The notes below the pieces were generated by a model, which did no database searches, had not been told where the DNA came from, and saw nothing but the letters and a program-made list of their open reading frames with translations. Below are positions 16,898 through 26,723 of a stretch of DNA of 63,267 nucleotides, piece by piece. The stretch is from Candidatus Dadabacteria bacterium (lineage in GTDB: Bacteria > Bdellovibrionota_C > UBA2361 > J046): NCBI GenBank assembly GCA_003696425.1, contig RFHI01000055.1, positions 1-63,267 of the forward strand, written 5' to 3'. The position numbers and the translations under genes are program-made. Each line of letters starts with the position of its first letter. Within the stretch, counting starts at the first letter, position 1.

Positions 16898-18064
16898 ATG
16901 ATTCAAATAAAACGCAGGAAGACGCACCCAGTCCAGGCAGGCAAGCTGACCATTGGTGGCTCAGCACCACTTTCGGTGCAGTCTATGTGTGCCACGCGCA
17001 CTTCTGATATAGAGGCAACACTTAAACAAATCAGGTTACTTGAAAAACATGGTGCTGATCTTATCAGAATTGCAGTTGACAGCAGAAAAGATGTTGCGGC
17101 GCTAAAAGAAATCCGCAGGGAAACAGATGCTGCTCTGGTGGTTGACCTGCAGGAAAGCTATCGGCTGGCGCGTGATATAGCTCCTCTGGTTCAAAAGCTC
17201 AGATACAACCCCGGCCATTTGCATCATCATAAAAAAGAAACGCCCGTATTTGAAAAGGTAAAATATATCGTAGAAGCAGCTGGAGAACATAATTGTGCGA
17301 TACGCATTGGTGTAAATTTTGGCTCACTTGATCCTGGCTTAAAAGAGAAAAACAGCTCCGCACTCTCTGCAGCGCTAAACTCTGCTTTACAGCATGTTGA
17401 ATACATGCAGAAGCTTAATTTTAAAAATTTCCTGGTATCGCTGAAAAGTTCAGATCCGTTAGCAGTTGTTGAAATCAACAGGAAATTTGCTGAATCTGCC
17501 CCTAACGTTCCACTACATCTGGGTGTTACTGAAGCAGGCATGCTGCCGCAAGGTGAAATTAAAACCAGGCTGGCTTTTGAAAAACTACTGGCTGCTGGAA
17601 TAGGGGATACCTTACGGGTGTCGCTTACACTTCCTTTTTCTGAGAAGTATCGTGAGATTGAAATTGGACGAAAAATAATTGAGGATGTTTACAGTGGGCG
17701 CTTTTTGTCAGTCCCTGCTGAAACTTTAAAGGGACTGAACATTATTTCATGCCCCTCATGCTCAAGGGTTGAAAATGAGGCCTTTATTGAGTTAGCAGAA
17801 CAAGTTCGGGAAATGTCCCGTTTTGCAGCCAGTGAAGATATTACTATTGCGGTAATGGGCTGTCGTGTTAACGGGCCCGGTGAAACTGACTCGGCCGATC
17901 TTGGGCTTTGGTGTGCTCCCAGTCATGTCAATTTGAAACGTGGCAGTCAGTTAGTTGGCAAATTCTCATATAATGAAATCCTGACCAGGGTGCGACAGGA
18001 GTTAAATGACCTGATAACAGCAAAAAGAAATGGCAAAATTGGGATTGCCCCTGATAAGGTATGA
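16898..18064 (+). CDS. ispG: 4-hydroxy-3-methylbut-2-en-1-yl diphosphate synthase
   Basis: IGGSAPLSVQSMC, LIRIAVD, GVNFGSL, ISCPSCSR and MGCRVNGPGE ([4Fe-4S] ligands). The track ORF starts at TTG 16871; ATG 16898 is chosen here. Confidence 0.9.
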   Translation: MIQIKRRKTHPVQAGKLTIGGSAPLSVQSMCATRTSDIEATLKQIRLLEKHGADLIRIAVDSRKDVAALKEIRRETDAALVVDLQESYRLARDIAPLVQKLRYNPGHLHHHKKETPVFEKVKYIVEAAGEHNCAIRIGVNFGSLDPGLKEKNSSALSAALNSALQHVEYMQKLNFKNFLVSLKSSDPLAVVEINRKFAESAPNVPLHLGVTEAGMLPQGEIKTRLAFEKLLAAGIGDTLRVSLTLPFSEKYREIEIGRKIIEDVYSGRFLSVPAETLKGLNIISCPSCSRVENEAFIELAEQVREMSRFAASEDITIAVMGCRVNGPGETDSADLGLWCAPSHVNLKRGSQLVGKFSYNEILTRVRQELNDLITAKRNGKIGIAPDKV

Positions 18065-18142
18065 TAAAGATGTATTGAGGTGCTTTCGGAAAGCATCCTT
18101 CCAATGGTATTATAGAGTAATAAACGGTTTTACAGGGAAAAA

Positions 18143-20542
18143 ATGGCTGATAATAAGCAGTCCAATGGGCGTGCTTTTAATCTTGGCAAGGTTAAACTGG
18201 GCAAAAGCCTGCAAATGACTGCCCCGGAACAGTTGGGTGATGATGTACGGCAGGCCACCTCGAACAGCATTCATCAGATAAGCCCATCCGCCGTTTTTGT
18301 TGCGGCTCTGACGAACAGCTCGGGCTCGGTTATAAGACCACTAGTTCTTGAACATGGAAAACTTACGCTTATTCGTCTGCTGGAACTAGCGGACACGGAC
18401 AAGCGGAGAGAGCTTGAAGAACTCTATCATTTAATCCGTAGCACTCCTGCTGTTGGACAACATACTGCCAGTGGATTTTTAAGTGATAAATTCTGGCTTA
18501 AGCGGCCGTTTTATGAGCATACCCTGGCTGATAAAAGCCTGTCAGACTTTGACTTCCTGCAGATGGTTCAAAAACTCTTAGAACTGCTTCATCTTATGAA
18601 GCAGCGAAACATAGTTCACGGGCATATTAATGAAGCCAACATTTGCTTTGACCATGATAATACTCTCCATCTGGTAGATTTTGGAATGTCTGCTGCTGCC
18701 GGTATAAACGCGCACGATGATTTTATTGCCCCGGAGATTAAAGCTGGAAAACAGGCAACTATAAGTAGCGACCTGTATTCTCTGGGCAAACTGATTAATC
18801 GTCGCGCTTCGGGGCAGTTTCTGGAAGCACATAAGGATATTGTTTCCAGGTTGTTAACTCCTGAGCCTTTAGGACGACCTTCGCTGGCGGAAGTTCACAA
18901 GGCGCTCATACCTGCTGAAAAGACGCCACAAACGACAGATAGTCGTCTTGTCTCTACTGCTACAGGGGCAAAACTAAAATCTGGGAAGTTTATTAACCCT
19001 TCACAGGTTAAAATTGCGGTGTCTTCCCCAGCGGCGGAACCTGATCTGGAAGAAACCCAGATGATTATACCTCCAGCGCCACCTGCTCAACGCAGTTCAG
19101 ATAAGACCAGGCCTAATAGAGACACCATTCGAGAAACCGGCTCCGGCAAATCTCCGCTTGAATCCGTTCCAATCCATGTACTGATACTGCTGGTCCTGAT
19201 TGCTCTAAGCGGACTGGTAATATACCGTTTGACGGGATCGCCAGCTGAAAATGCAAACACCTCGAAAGAGAACCCGGTCTCACTCGAACTGATGTGGACT
19301 TCCAGAAGACCCTCACTTATGAAGCAGGTGGCAGAGCGGGCAGTCGTTGAAGGAGATCAGAAAGCAGCAATGTTAATCATTAACGATGCCCTGGCCGGTG
19401 AAAATCGACCTCAGGTGGCCTCTGATTTCATCCGCTTTGCCTTTGATCCCCGCTGGGAAGCACAATTAAGCGAAGACGACCGTAAATTTGTTTTACAGGT
19501 AGCACTTGCTGGCCTCATAAGTATTCACACAAAACCTCTAAAACTCGAAGATCGCCATCCTGCTCTAATTCTGGGTGTGCTGGGCACTTTAAATGACACT
19601 GCCCTGATAGCTTCACAGCTGCGCTCTGTACCGATTAGTCGCATGTTATCGCTGCCCGCTCCCTATGGACCAAGCTTTGCGCTGTTAAAAGCAGCTGGAG
19701 TTGAAAATATGGCTGCACCTGAGGCACGCTCTTTAGCTATCCTGTTATTTAAGAAAAAAATTGATTTAATGGAAATTGATCAATTCTTTGGAGCACCCAC
19801 TGGTCGAAATCAGCTCTTTAAAAAGCTGCTGGTACTAAAGCCAGTTATTGCAAAAAAGCCGGACCTGGCTCAGCCAGTCCTTAATGCCTTAAAATACCGC
19901 CGTGGTAGTATAGCTGCACTGATAAATTGGTTTCAGGAGGAAAAATCAGCTGAATGGGATAGGGTACCTCCTCAAGTTAAACTGGATATTATTAGCGGTT
20001 CTTTATCCGCAAGTGACTTGCAGGACGCACAGCTGGCTGATCTCTTGAAGTATCCGCTAAAAGTAATAAGAGAAAAAGCTGCAAAAGAGCTTGCCAAGCG
20101 TTATCCTCAGGAACAAGAGGCTTTCCGTTATCTTGGCTCAGCCAGAAACCCACTATCGCGTTTCCAAACGCTCTCGTTTGTAGCTATGCTCGGTATGAAA
20201 GGAGCTGCCAGAGAAGCATTTATTGCCCGCTGGTTTAAAACATATCCTGAACCGTCCAGCATCGTTGAGTTGTTAATTGCCAGAGTAAGCGTGCCGGCGG
20301 GCGATTTTTTTAATTTACAGGCCGCACGTTACCTGAGTAAGCGGAAATGGAGTGCAACACCTTTACAGCTCAGAAAACTTACCTCCCATAGAGAAGAGCT
20401 TGTGCGTGCACTGGCTTATTTCAAATTGGATCCGCACGATAATGAGCATCGTGCGATTTTAAAAAATATGGCAAGGGTAGAGCCAAGTGCCAGGCTTAGA
20501 AAAGAGATAGCTGAGAAACTGGCTGGATTTAAAATTAACTGA
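18143..20542 (+). CDS. membrane-anchored Ser/Thr-kinase-like protein (predicted pseudokinase) with helical-repeat C-terminal domain
   Basis: 799 aa. The kinase C-lobe is present: VHGHINEANI in place of HRDxKxxN (catalytic Asp replaced by His), DFG, APE and SDLYSLG. No GxGxxG or VAIK motif is seen. One TM helix (VLILLVLIALSGLVIY), then about 440 aa of helical repeats. Confidence 0.6.
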   Translation: MADNKQSNGRAFNLGKVKLGKSLQMTAPEQLGDDVRQATSNSIHQISPSAVFVAALTNSSGSVIRPLVLEHGKLTLIRLLELADTDKRRELEELYHLIRSTPAVGQHTASGFLSDKFWLKRPFYEHTLADKSLSDFDFLQMVQKLLELLHLMKQRNIVHGHINEANICFDHDNTLHLVDFGMSAAAGINAHDDFIAPEIKAGKQATISSDLYSLGKLINRRASGQFLEAHKDIVSRLLTPEPLGRPSLAEVHKALIPAEKTPQTTDSRLVSTATGAKLKSGKFINPSQVKIAVSSPAAEPDLEETQMIIPPAPPAQRSSDKTRPNRDTIRETGSGKSPLESVPIHVLILLVLIALSGLVIYRLTGSPAENANTSKENPVSLELMWTSRRPSLMKQVAERAVVEGDQKAAMLIINDALAGENRPQVASDFIRFAFDPRWEAQLSEDDRKFVLQVALAGLISIHTKPLKLEDRHPALILGVLGTLNDTALIASQLRSVPISRMLSLPAPYGPSFALLKAAGVENMAAPEARSLAILLFKKKIDLMEIDQFFGAPTGRNQLFKKLLVLKPVIAKKPDLAQPVLNALKYRRGSIAALINWFQEEKSAEWDRVPPQVKLDIISGSLSASDLQDAQLADLLKYPLKVIREKAAKELAKRYPQEQEAFRYLGSARNPLSRFQTLSFVAMLGMKGAAREAFIARWFKTYPEPSSIVELLIARVSVPAGDFFNLQAARYLSKRKWSATPLQLRKLTSHREELVRALAYFKLDPHDNEHRAILKNMARVEPSARLRKEIAEKLAGFKIN

Positions 20543-20551
20543 GCTTAATAA

Positions 20552-20582
20552 AAAACCCCGCATAAAAGCGGGGTTTTTTTAA
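20552..20582. terminator. bidirectional rho-independent terminator
   Basis: AAAAAA-ccccgc-ataaaa-gcgggg-TTTTTTT lies between the convergent kinase-like and pilin-like genes. Confidence 0.85.
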
Positions 20583-20600
20583 TTTTACCTGCGCTTAATA

Positions 20601-20987
20601 CTAAGCTTGTAAATGTTGATCATTAAAGAAAGTCGATATAATTGAGCGCAGGATAAATGCGCCAACGGCTACAACAAGCAGCGAAAGCGCAGCTCTGTAC
20701 TGTCCGAAAGCAGAGCTTAAAATTGCACCAATTCCGGCAGCTACCATTACCAGAATACCGAAGCTGCCTTCGATATGGGTAAGAATTATGTTCGCTGACT
20801 CGGCGAGTCTGGTGTCATTATACTTCGCAGTGAGCTGTGCAACAGCACCATCAGCCAGTCCCGCCGCTAAAAGCACAATACCAAGCAGGAAAAGTATAGC
20901 TCGCCCCTGCTTCTCTGAAGGCGCATAAAAACATGCACCGAGATTCTGTCCAACCTTTGTGTATAGATTCTTAATTTTATTTTTCAT
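20601..20987 (-). CDS. pilin-like small membrane protein (TraA/VirB2/TrbC architecture)
   Basis: Start chosen at ATG 20987 (GGAG about 10 nt upstream); the track ORF extends to 21062. It has a leader of about 50 aa ending AVAQ. The mature part is about 78 aa: a hydrophilic N-terminus, a TM helix (FGILVMVAAGIGAILSSAF), a short basic loop and a second TM helix (AALSLLVVAVGAFILRSII). Confidence 0.45.
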   Translation of the reverse strand: MKNKIKNLYTKVGQNLGACFYAPSEKQGRAILFLLGIVLLAAGLADGAVAQLTAKYNDTRLAESANIILTHIEGSFGILVMVAAGIGAILSSAFGQYRAALSLLVVAVGAFILRSIISTFFNDQHLQA

Positions 20988-21163
20988 GACCAAAATACTC
21001 CGTATAGTATTTGAATCCACCATTTTTAAAACCGACACTCTGCAAAATTGCAGGCGTCCCACTTCTACTAATTGTTATGCCACCCAAAGTCGCAGTGGTG
21101 ACATAAAAAGTCAGGTTTTTTAAGCACAGAAAAAATATTTTTACTGTAATTATAGTGTGTTAT

Positions 21164-21697
21164 CTAGCCACGTGCACGGGCCGAGAGTCCCGGAAGGTAG
21201 CGCTCGGGGTTTTGGGGTTTTCCGTTTTTACGGATTTCAAAGTGAAGATGAGGGCCAGTTACACGCCCACTTGTTCCCACAGTCCCAATGATCCTGCCAG
21301 CCTTAACAATCTCGCCGGGCTTAACCTTTATACTCTCAAGATGGCCGTAATGACTTGTAATACCATTATTGTGCTGAATCACAACAAGCCTGCCGTAGCC
21401 ACCAAAGGGGTCGGCAAAGACAACAGTTCCAGCAGCTACTGCCCTTACGGCTGCTCCACTCGGCGCTGCCAGATCTACACCGCTATGATGTCTGATAACT
21501 CGTTTAATAGGATCTTTTCGTTTACCGAAAGAGCTGGAAAGACGCGGACCAAGTAACGGATAGACAAAAGCTGGGGCAGCAAAAACAGACGATGCCGCAC
21601 TGCGAACATTCCCACCTGGTAACGCCAGCGCCGATAAAAGACTAACGACTAACAGAGGCGCTAATACGCCTGAAACTTTCACTCTCAAGATTTGCAT
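21164..21697 (-). CDS. M23 (LytM-type) peptidoglycan metalloendopeptidase, secreted
   Basis: HSGVDLAAP...HYGHL...GRVTGPHLHFEI gives intact HxxxD and HxH motifs. Start placed at ATG 21697 (AAGGGA RBS) with a signal peptide. The gene overlaps the upstream gene end. Confidence 0.8.
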   Translation of the reverse strand: MQILRVKVSGVLAPLLVVSLLSALALPGGNVRSAASSVFAAPAFVYPLLGPRLSSSFGKRKDPIKRVIRHHSGVDLAAPSGAAVRAVAAGTVVFADPFGGYGRLVVIQHNNGITSHYGHLESIKVKPGEIVKAGRIIGTVGTSGRVTGPHLHFEIRKNGKPQNPERYLPGLSARARG

Positions 21698-22628
21698 TGT
21701 ATCCCTTAATCCTGATAGTTTTATTCGGAGAGGCTTTTCGGTGTGCTCCAAAGCTCACTACACTTGATGAAATCCAGGCTCTTGAACCAGTTGGCGTAAT
21801 TACGCGATACCAGTCCCCGAATCTTTTTTCAACGGCCAATCTGGTCCCTTTCCGGACCGTCATAAGGGGCGAATTGTTAATTCCTGCACCACTTCGAAGA
21901 TTAGCCTTATTAACAACAACCGTCGCTATAGGCATATCTGAGAACACTTCCTCCGAGCTTAAATCTGTCGGCACAGGACTTCCTCCTGCTGCTGCTCCTG
22001 GTGACCTGTGCGGAGCAAAGCGGGCAAGAGCCTTATTATTTCTCTGCTCAACTATGGCAGAGAGTCTTTCAACTTCTGTCTCTGCAAAAATTAAACGGTT
22101 ACGTGCTTCATTGAGTTTGGCCTCCAGATCAGCAAGTTTTTCCTGAGCTTCTCTGGCTTGCATCTCAAATTTCTTACTGTTTTTCTTGTATGCAGCAAGC
22201 TGTCTATCCTTCTCCGCCAGCTTGCTTTTAAGTCCCTTTAAGCGGCTTTTAAGATCAGCAATAAGCTGGCTCTGCAAATTGTTTCTGTTATCAGCAGACT
22301 CTTTTTGTTGAAGCTCTTTAACCCATTCTGGTGCTTGAGTCTCTGTCTTAGTTTGCTGCAGATTATCGGCTTCTGCTGTGCGACTATTTTTGTTTGCTAC
22401 GATAGCAGTTTTCACCTCTTGAGAGACTTTCTCGGGTGGCTTAATAACATCTACGGAACTTTCAAATCCCTGCTGAGAGGAGCCATTCTGTTTTCTCAAA
22501 GTCTCCAGCTCCTGCCTTAAAGCATCAATATCAATAGCTTCCTGGGAAAGAGCAACTGAAAATGGACTTACAGCTGATAAAGCTATTATCAGGAGAAATA
22601 AACAATTTTTTACTCTAAGCATATCCAA
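21642..22628 (-). CDS. secreted coiled-coil protein with C-terminal SH3b-like domain
   Basis: 328 aa: signal peptide, long Gln/Lys/Glu-rich coiled coil, then NKANLRSGAGINNSPLMTVRKGTRLAVEKRFGDWYRVITPTGSRAWISSSVV (bacterial SH3 pattern). Confidence 0.6.
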   Translation of the reverse strand: MDMLRVKNCLFLLIIALSAVSPFSVALSQEAIDIDALRQELETLRKQNGSSQQGFESSVDVIKPPEKVSQEVKTAIVANKNSRTAEADNLQQTKTETQAPEWVKELQQKESADNRNNLQSQLIADLKSRLKGLKSKLAEKDRQLAAYKKNSKKFEMQAREAQEKLADLEAKLNEARNRLIFAETEVERLSAIVEQRNNKALARFAPHRSPGAAAGGSPVPTDLSSEEVFSDMPIATVVVNKANLRSGAGINNSPLMTVRKGTRLAVEKRFGDWYRVITPTGSRAWISSSVVSFGAHRKASPNKTIRIKGYNANLESESFRRISASVSR

Positions 22629-22658
22629 CCTCGTTATAAAAACCTGTTAAACCTACTA

Positions 22659-23195
22659 TCAGGCCGTGGCACGCTCAACCACAGTCCGGCTGGCCTGACG
22701 GGCAAGTTTCTGCCGCCTGTCACGCTCTGACTGAATCATATCCTGCACCTCTTGAGGTGCTGCAACGCCTGAAAAAATTATCTCTATGCTTCCTGTGGCA
22801 GCTGTGCCTATTTCTACTGTACCAATATCAAGAATCCTTTCACTAATTGTCTGTTCTTTTTCTACAATCCTGATATCTTCATAACGCACACGCACCACCC
22901 GCTGCCGTAAAGAGAGTATTCCCACCCTAAGTTCAACCCCTCTACTGTCAACAATATACTTTACATTATAAATCTGGTAGATAGCCTTGCCGATAGGGAA
23001 AAGTGGGAGAAACCAGAAAAGTGGTAGGTTCAAATAAAAAGCAGAATTGCCAATTGTAAAAAGATGCCCCGATATTACACTCCAGGGATACTGACGCGAC
23101 AGCACAATACTTAAAATGCTGAACACCACAAACATGGCCACATTGGACAACTCTGCCCGCCAGACCCTTGGTATTACTATCGCACCTTTAATCAT
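22659..23195 (-). CDS. membrane protein with bacterial PH (bPH_2/YdbT-like) domain
   Basis: 178 aa with two N-terminal TM helices, then YIVDSRGVELRVGILSLRQRVVRVRYEDIRIVEKEQTISERILDIGTVEI (bPH_2 pattern). Confidence 0.6.
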   Translation of the reverse strand: MIKGAIVIPRVWRAELSNVAMFVVFSILSIVLSRQYPWSVISGHLFTIGNSAFYLNLPLFWFLPLFPIGKAIYQIYNVKYIVDSRGVELRVGILSLRQRVVRVRYEDIRIVEKEQTISERILDIGTVEIGTAATGSIEIIFSGVAAPQEVQDMIQSERDRRQKLARQASRTVVERATA

Positions 23196-23210
23196 AAAAA
23201 AACCTGCCTG

Positions 23211-23618
23211 TTATTGCAGTCCTACCAGCTCTTCTATCTCTTTTAACTTGTTTTCTGCTGACCTGGAGCCAGTATGCGCCCTGGTTGTCTTCGATACATT
23301 ACGCTGCCCACGCGGCCGGCTAAACAAAGAATCCAGATCTTCCACATCTCCGTAATTATTTTTCTTCTTCAGCACAGGCGCTGTCTTACGTGCAGGAACA
23401 CGCCGGCTTTCAGTAACTATCCTCTTCGCAGGAGATGAGTAGTGTACTGAAGGCGTGCTGGTCTGTATGGCCGGCCTCCTTTGATTAAGAGGCACCCTTT
23501 CAATCCCGCCACCTGAAAGACGAAAAACAGCAAAGGCACAGGCCACAAAAAATATAGTGGCTAAATGAACTTTATTGGTTAGTGGAGCTATAAAATTATT
23601 AACACTTATCAGGCTCAT
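23211..23618 (-). CDS. single-pass membrane protein, basic C-terminal tail (positional TrbI-like)
   Basis: 135 aa with one TM helix (LATIFFVACAFAVF). It sits downstream of traC-like, as trbI does in F. There is no sequence motif, so the call is positional only. Confidence 0.35.
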   Translation of the reverse strand: MSLISVNNFIAPLTNKVHLATIFFVACAFAVFRLSGGGIERVPLNQRRPAIQTSTPSVHYSSPAKRIVTESRRVPARKTAPVLKKKNNYGDVEDLDSLFSRPRGQRNVSKTTRAHTGSRSAENKLKEIEELVGLQ

Positions 23619-23632
23619 AATTACCTCAAAAA

Positions 23633-23935
23633 TTATTTACCGGGTTGCTTGTAATAACGCCAGCGTCCCTGCCTAATTTCAACAACTTCCTGGTGAGCAG
23701 GGCGGTAGTAGTGCCCCTCCGGATCGAGTCCCGGTGGAACCGTGACAACATCAACCATCGGCTCCTCCCAGATGTACTGAACCACTCCCGGAACCGGCAA
23801 CTCACCGGATGTTCTCTCCACATAAACTTCTCTCTGCGATGCCGGAGCTGTCTGTGACGCCGATGATGCTGCGCAGCCTGAAATTGCTCCGGCTGATATC
23901 ATAGCCATTGTAACATAGAATAATTTAAGCTTCAT
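23633..23935 (-). CDS. small lipoprotein
   Basis: 100 aa with lipobox AISGC. Immediately downstream of the traC-like gene. Confidence 0.5.
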   Translation of the reverse strand: MKLKLFYVTMAMISAGAISGCAASSASQTAPASQREVYVERTSGELPVPGVVQYIWEEPMVDVVTVPPGLDPEGHYYRPAHQEVVEIRQGRWRYYKQPGK

Positions 23936-23984
23936 AGTTCATTCTCCCATAAATCCTTCAAAATAACCTTATACTGTTTAGTCT

Positions 23985-26723
23985 TTAGCTCCCTACAGCA
24001 TCCTCCATCATGTTAAGAACAATGTTCGAAACGCTCGAAGCTCCATCACCATTACTGGCCATACTCTGACGGGCCATCTGGCGCTCCATTAAAGCTTTAG
24101 CACCATTTGGTGCGATTTCCACTGCGTGCTGTAGCGCCAGGAAAAAGTCTCCATCAACCCGCTGCAGTATGTCTTCAAACAGCTGGTTATCGTCACCGTT
24201 ATTAGTGCTGGCCCAGTAGAACGCCGGCTCCAGAGGAAGACACATAGCTCCCTCGCCAAAATCTGAAGAGAGATAAAACTGGGATTCAACGCCTTTAACA
24301 GTCTTAAGTCGCAAGATAACGTCAGACTGCTGTTCACTCAAATTAAAGGCTTTGGCAGTGTAGTGGAATTTACTGGGATCCTGTCTTAAAAAGATCTTGT
24401 TAGCACAGTTTTGCACAATTGCCTGCCCACCAGTACCAACATAAAAGTCTTCTCCTGACTGGGAGGCCGCAATCACTATACCTTTTCTCTTACGGTAGAG
24501 TCTAAAGGCGGTCTCAATAGTACCAGCAGCAGTTTTACCAATTAAGTCATGTGCTTCATCAAACACCAGAATTTTACGGGCATCAAGCTCCTTGGGATCG
24601 TTCATGACTGTGTCGGCCCAGAGCATTGCCACTTTGAGAAATACCCGCTGCAAGTCCGGATTGCGGCTTAATGCTTTCATATCAAAGACTATGAAACGCT
24701 CTTTAAGCTGCAGCGATCCTGGCCGGTCAAAAAAGCGTGCAAAGGTGCCATCACCATAATAATCACCGATTAACATGGCAACACGCTGACGACGCATAGC
24801 ATTGTCTTCTGATTCGTGTACCTTTTTGGGAGCTCGCAAAACCGAAACAACATCTGAGAGAATAAACTCTCTTCTCATAGGACCGTTACGGTATATGCGA
24901 TGAGCTTCTACCAGTGATTCGGTTACAGCCTGGCGATCAAGACGCTCAAGATGTTTATTGCCGTCAATTGCCATATCAACAATAATATCTGCTGACATAT
25001 CAATCAGGTCTTTATAATCTTCATTCTTTGCGTCTGCCGGAGTTTCTCCAAGACGTGCCAAAAAATTCATTGACGGGGCTTTGGAGGGTGTGGCTTCATA
25101 AATTTTCCCGCCGAAAAGTTTAGCAACTTTTTCAAAACCGCACGGCTGCCCAATCATACCTTTATCGAATACAAAAACTATCGGCTCACGCTCTTTGATT
25201 CTTCCATCAGCCAGTGTGGCGTAATGCCCACGATACATTGTAATAAGAATATAACAGAGCAGATAGCTTTTACCTGCGCCAGACACACCACTAATCAATA
25301 CATTGGGTGCAGTATTGGAATCATAAAAGTCAAAATTAACAAGCTCACGATTCCACAGACTGGGCAGTACAAAAAGAGGCCCTTTGCTTCCTTTCCAGTT
25401 ACCCCAGAGCGGAAAGAGCCTTACCGCACGCGATGAACGCATCATAGTAGTCCAACCGGGACCATCAGTGCTAGGATCATAACAACCGGGCAGGGTACTT
25501 ACCATTACGCCCAAATCGGCAATCTCGTGAATCATACCGCGTGCGCCGTTCATATGCGGGAAAGTGGCTAACGCCTCTGAGCTAGCCCGCATAGCCTCAT
25601 CCTCAGTCTGGCAAATAAATGTCTGATGAACTCCTACCCGCACAATTTGTGATGTATTGCTGTAAAGTTCCTGACGAGCAGCGCGAATTGCGGCAATCTG
25701 ATGCTGCACTTTCTGATTAGCGCGCCCACGCCCGCCAAATTCCTGGAAACCAAGGCTTTTATCGAGTTTATCAAGGCGGCTTAACTGTGCTTCACGCGGA
25801 TCCTTGGAAAAAGTAACGCTAACTATATTTTCATAGGGCGATGATAACAGTGGCGAAATCATGAGTGGAACACACGCCTTGGGTGGTTTAACCATTGAAA
25901 CAGTTCTGTATACCCGCCCATCCTTTTTAATTATACCGTTTCTTGGATGCTCAACAGCAGTTTCTGAAACCTGGTTTGCAAGAAAATCGTGAGGATCAAA
26001 AACTGGCACTGGCACTGCTGTATTGCGCCCACGTTTAAACTTACCGGACTTTACGCTGCGGCGATTAAGCAACGGATAAAGAAGATTTATAAGTCTTTGT
26101 CCGTCAATTCTCTGTGGACGAAAACCAAGATCAGCAAGTTTTTGAACATTTCCATCAATAATACCGCGAAACTCATTGGCATAAAGCTGATATTCTTTTT
26201 TCCGCTGCTCAGCACTCACCCCAACCTTACCTTTTACAAGCATCGTCAGGGTCTGGCTTATCTGCTGCATGGCACTCTGGGCCTTCCAGGGCGGGTCATA
26301 TCTAAAGCCACACACAAGTCTTAACTTTCGTGGCCTACGATGAATGTAATGACTGGTAGCAGATTTCCTGAGCATTCTAACCCAGCGACGAGCCATCCAG
26401 CCAGCAGGGCCGTTAGTAGGATATCGATCGATACAGGCCTTTAACAGATCATCGACATCAAAAGTCGTAATCCAGCAAAACTGGGCGCTGATCGTATGCT
26501 CAAATGAATCGAGCATCTCCTGTACATGCGCGCACATACGGTAAGCATCCGAATCAGATGTCTTTGTTATCCACTGCGGTTGAAGCTCCCACAGCGACCA
26601 GAGTGATGCGTCTGAATGAACAAAAATCTGTTGCTCCTCATCATACTTGGCGTACGGCAGGAGCTTGTTAAAGACAGTCTCATCCTGATAAAGTCGTTCT
26701 CTGGTTATTCTACTTATGCTCAT
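23985..26723 (-). CDS. traC: type IV secretion ATPase, VirB4/TraC family
   Basis: 912 aa. Walker A is VLISGVSGAGKSYLL and Walker B is KILVFDEAHDLIG. Size and N-terminal domain are typical of F/G-type TraC. It follows the TraV-like lipoprotein gene. Confidence 0.85.
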   Translation of the reverse strand: MSISRITRERLYQDETVFNKLLPYAKYDEEQQIFVHSDASLWSLWELQPQWITKTSDSDAYRMCAHVQEMLDSFEHTISAQFCWITTFDVDDLLKACIDRYPTNGPAGWMARRWVRMLRKSATSHYIHRRPRKLRLVCGFRYDPPWKAQSAMQQISQTLTMLVKGKVGVSAEQRKKEYQLYANEFRGIIDGNVQKLADLGFRPQRIDGQRLINLLYPLLNRRSVKSGKFKRGRNTAVPVPVFDPHDFLANQVSETAVEHPRNGIIKKDGRVYRTVSMVKPPKACVPLMISPLLSSPYENIVSVTFSKDPREAQLSRLDKLDKSLGFQEFGGRGRANQKVQHQIAAIRAARQELYSNTSQIVRVGVHQTFICQTEDEAMRASSEALATFPHMNGARGMIHEIADLGVMVSTLPGCYDPSTDGPGWTTMMRSSRAVRLFPLWGNWKGSKGPLFVLPSLWNRELVNFDFYDSNTAPNVLISGVSGAGKSYLLCYILITMYRGHYATLADGRIKEREPIVFVFDKGMIGQPCGFEKVAKLFGGKIYEATPSKAPSMNFLARLGETPADAKNEDYKDLIDMSADIIVDMAIDGNKHLERLDRQAVTESLVEAHRIYRNGPMRREFILSDVVSVLRAPKKVHESEDNAMRRQRVAMLIGDYYGDGTFARFFDRPGSLQLKERFIVFDMKALSRNPDLQRVFLKVAMLWADTVMNDPKELDARKILVFDEAHDLIGKTAAGTIETAFRLYRKRKGIVIAASQSGEDFYVGTGGQAIVQNCANKIFLRQDPSKFHYTAKAFNLSEQQSDVILRLKTVKGVESQFYLSSDFGEGAMCLPLEPAFYWASTNNGDDNQLFEDILQRVDGDFFLALQHAVEIAPNGAKALMERQMARQSMASNGDGASSVSNIVLNMMEDAVGS

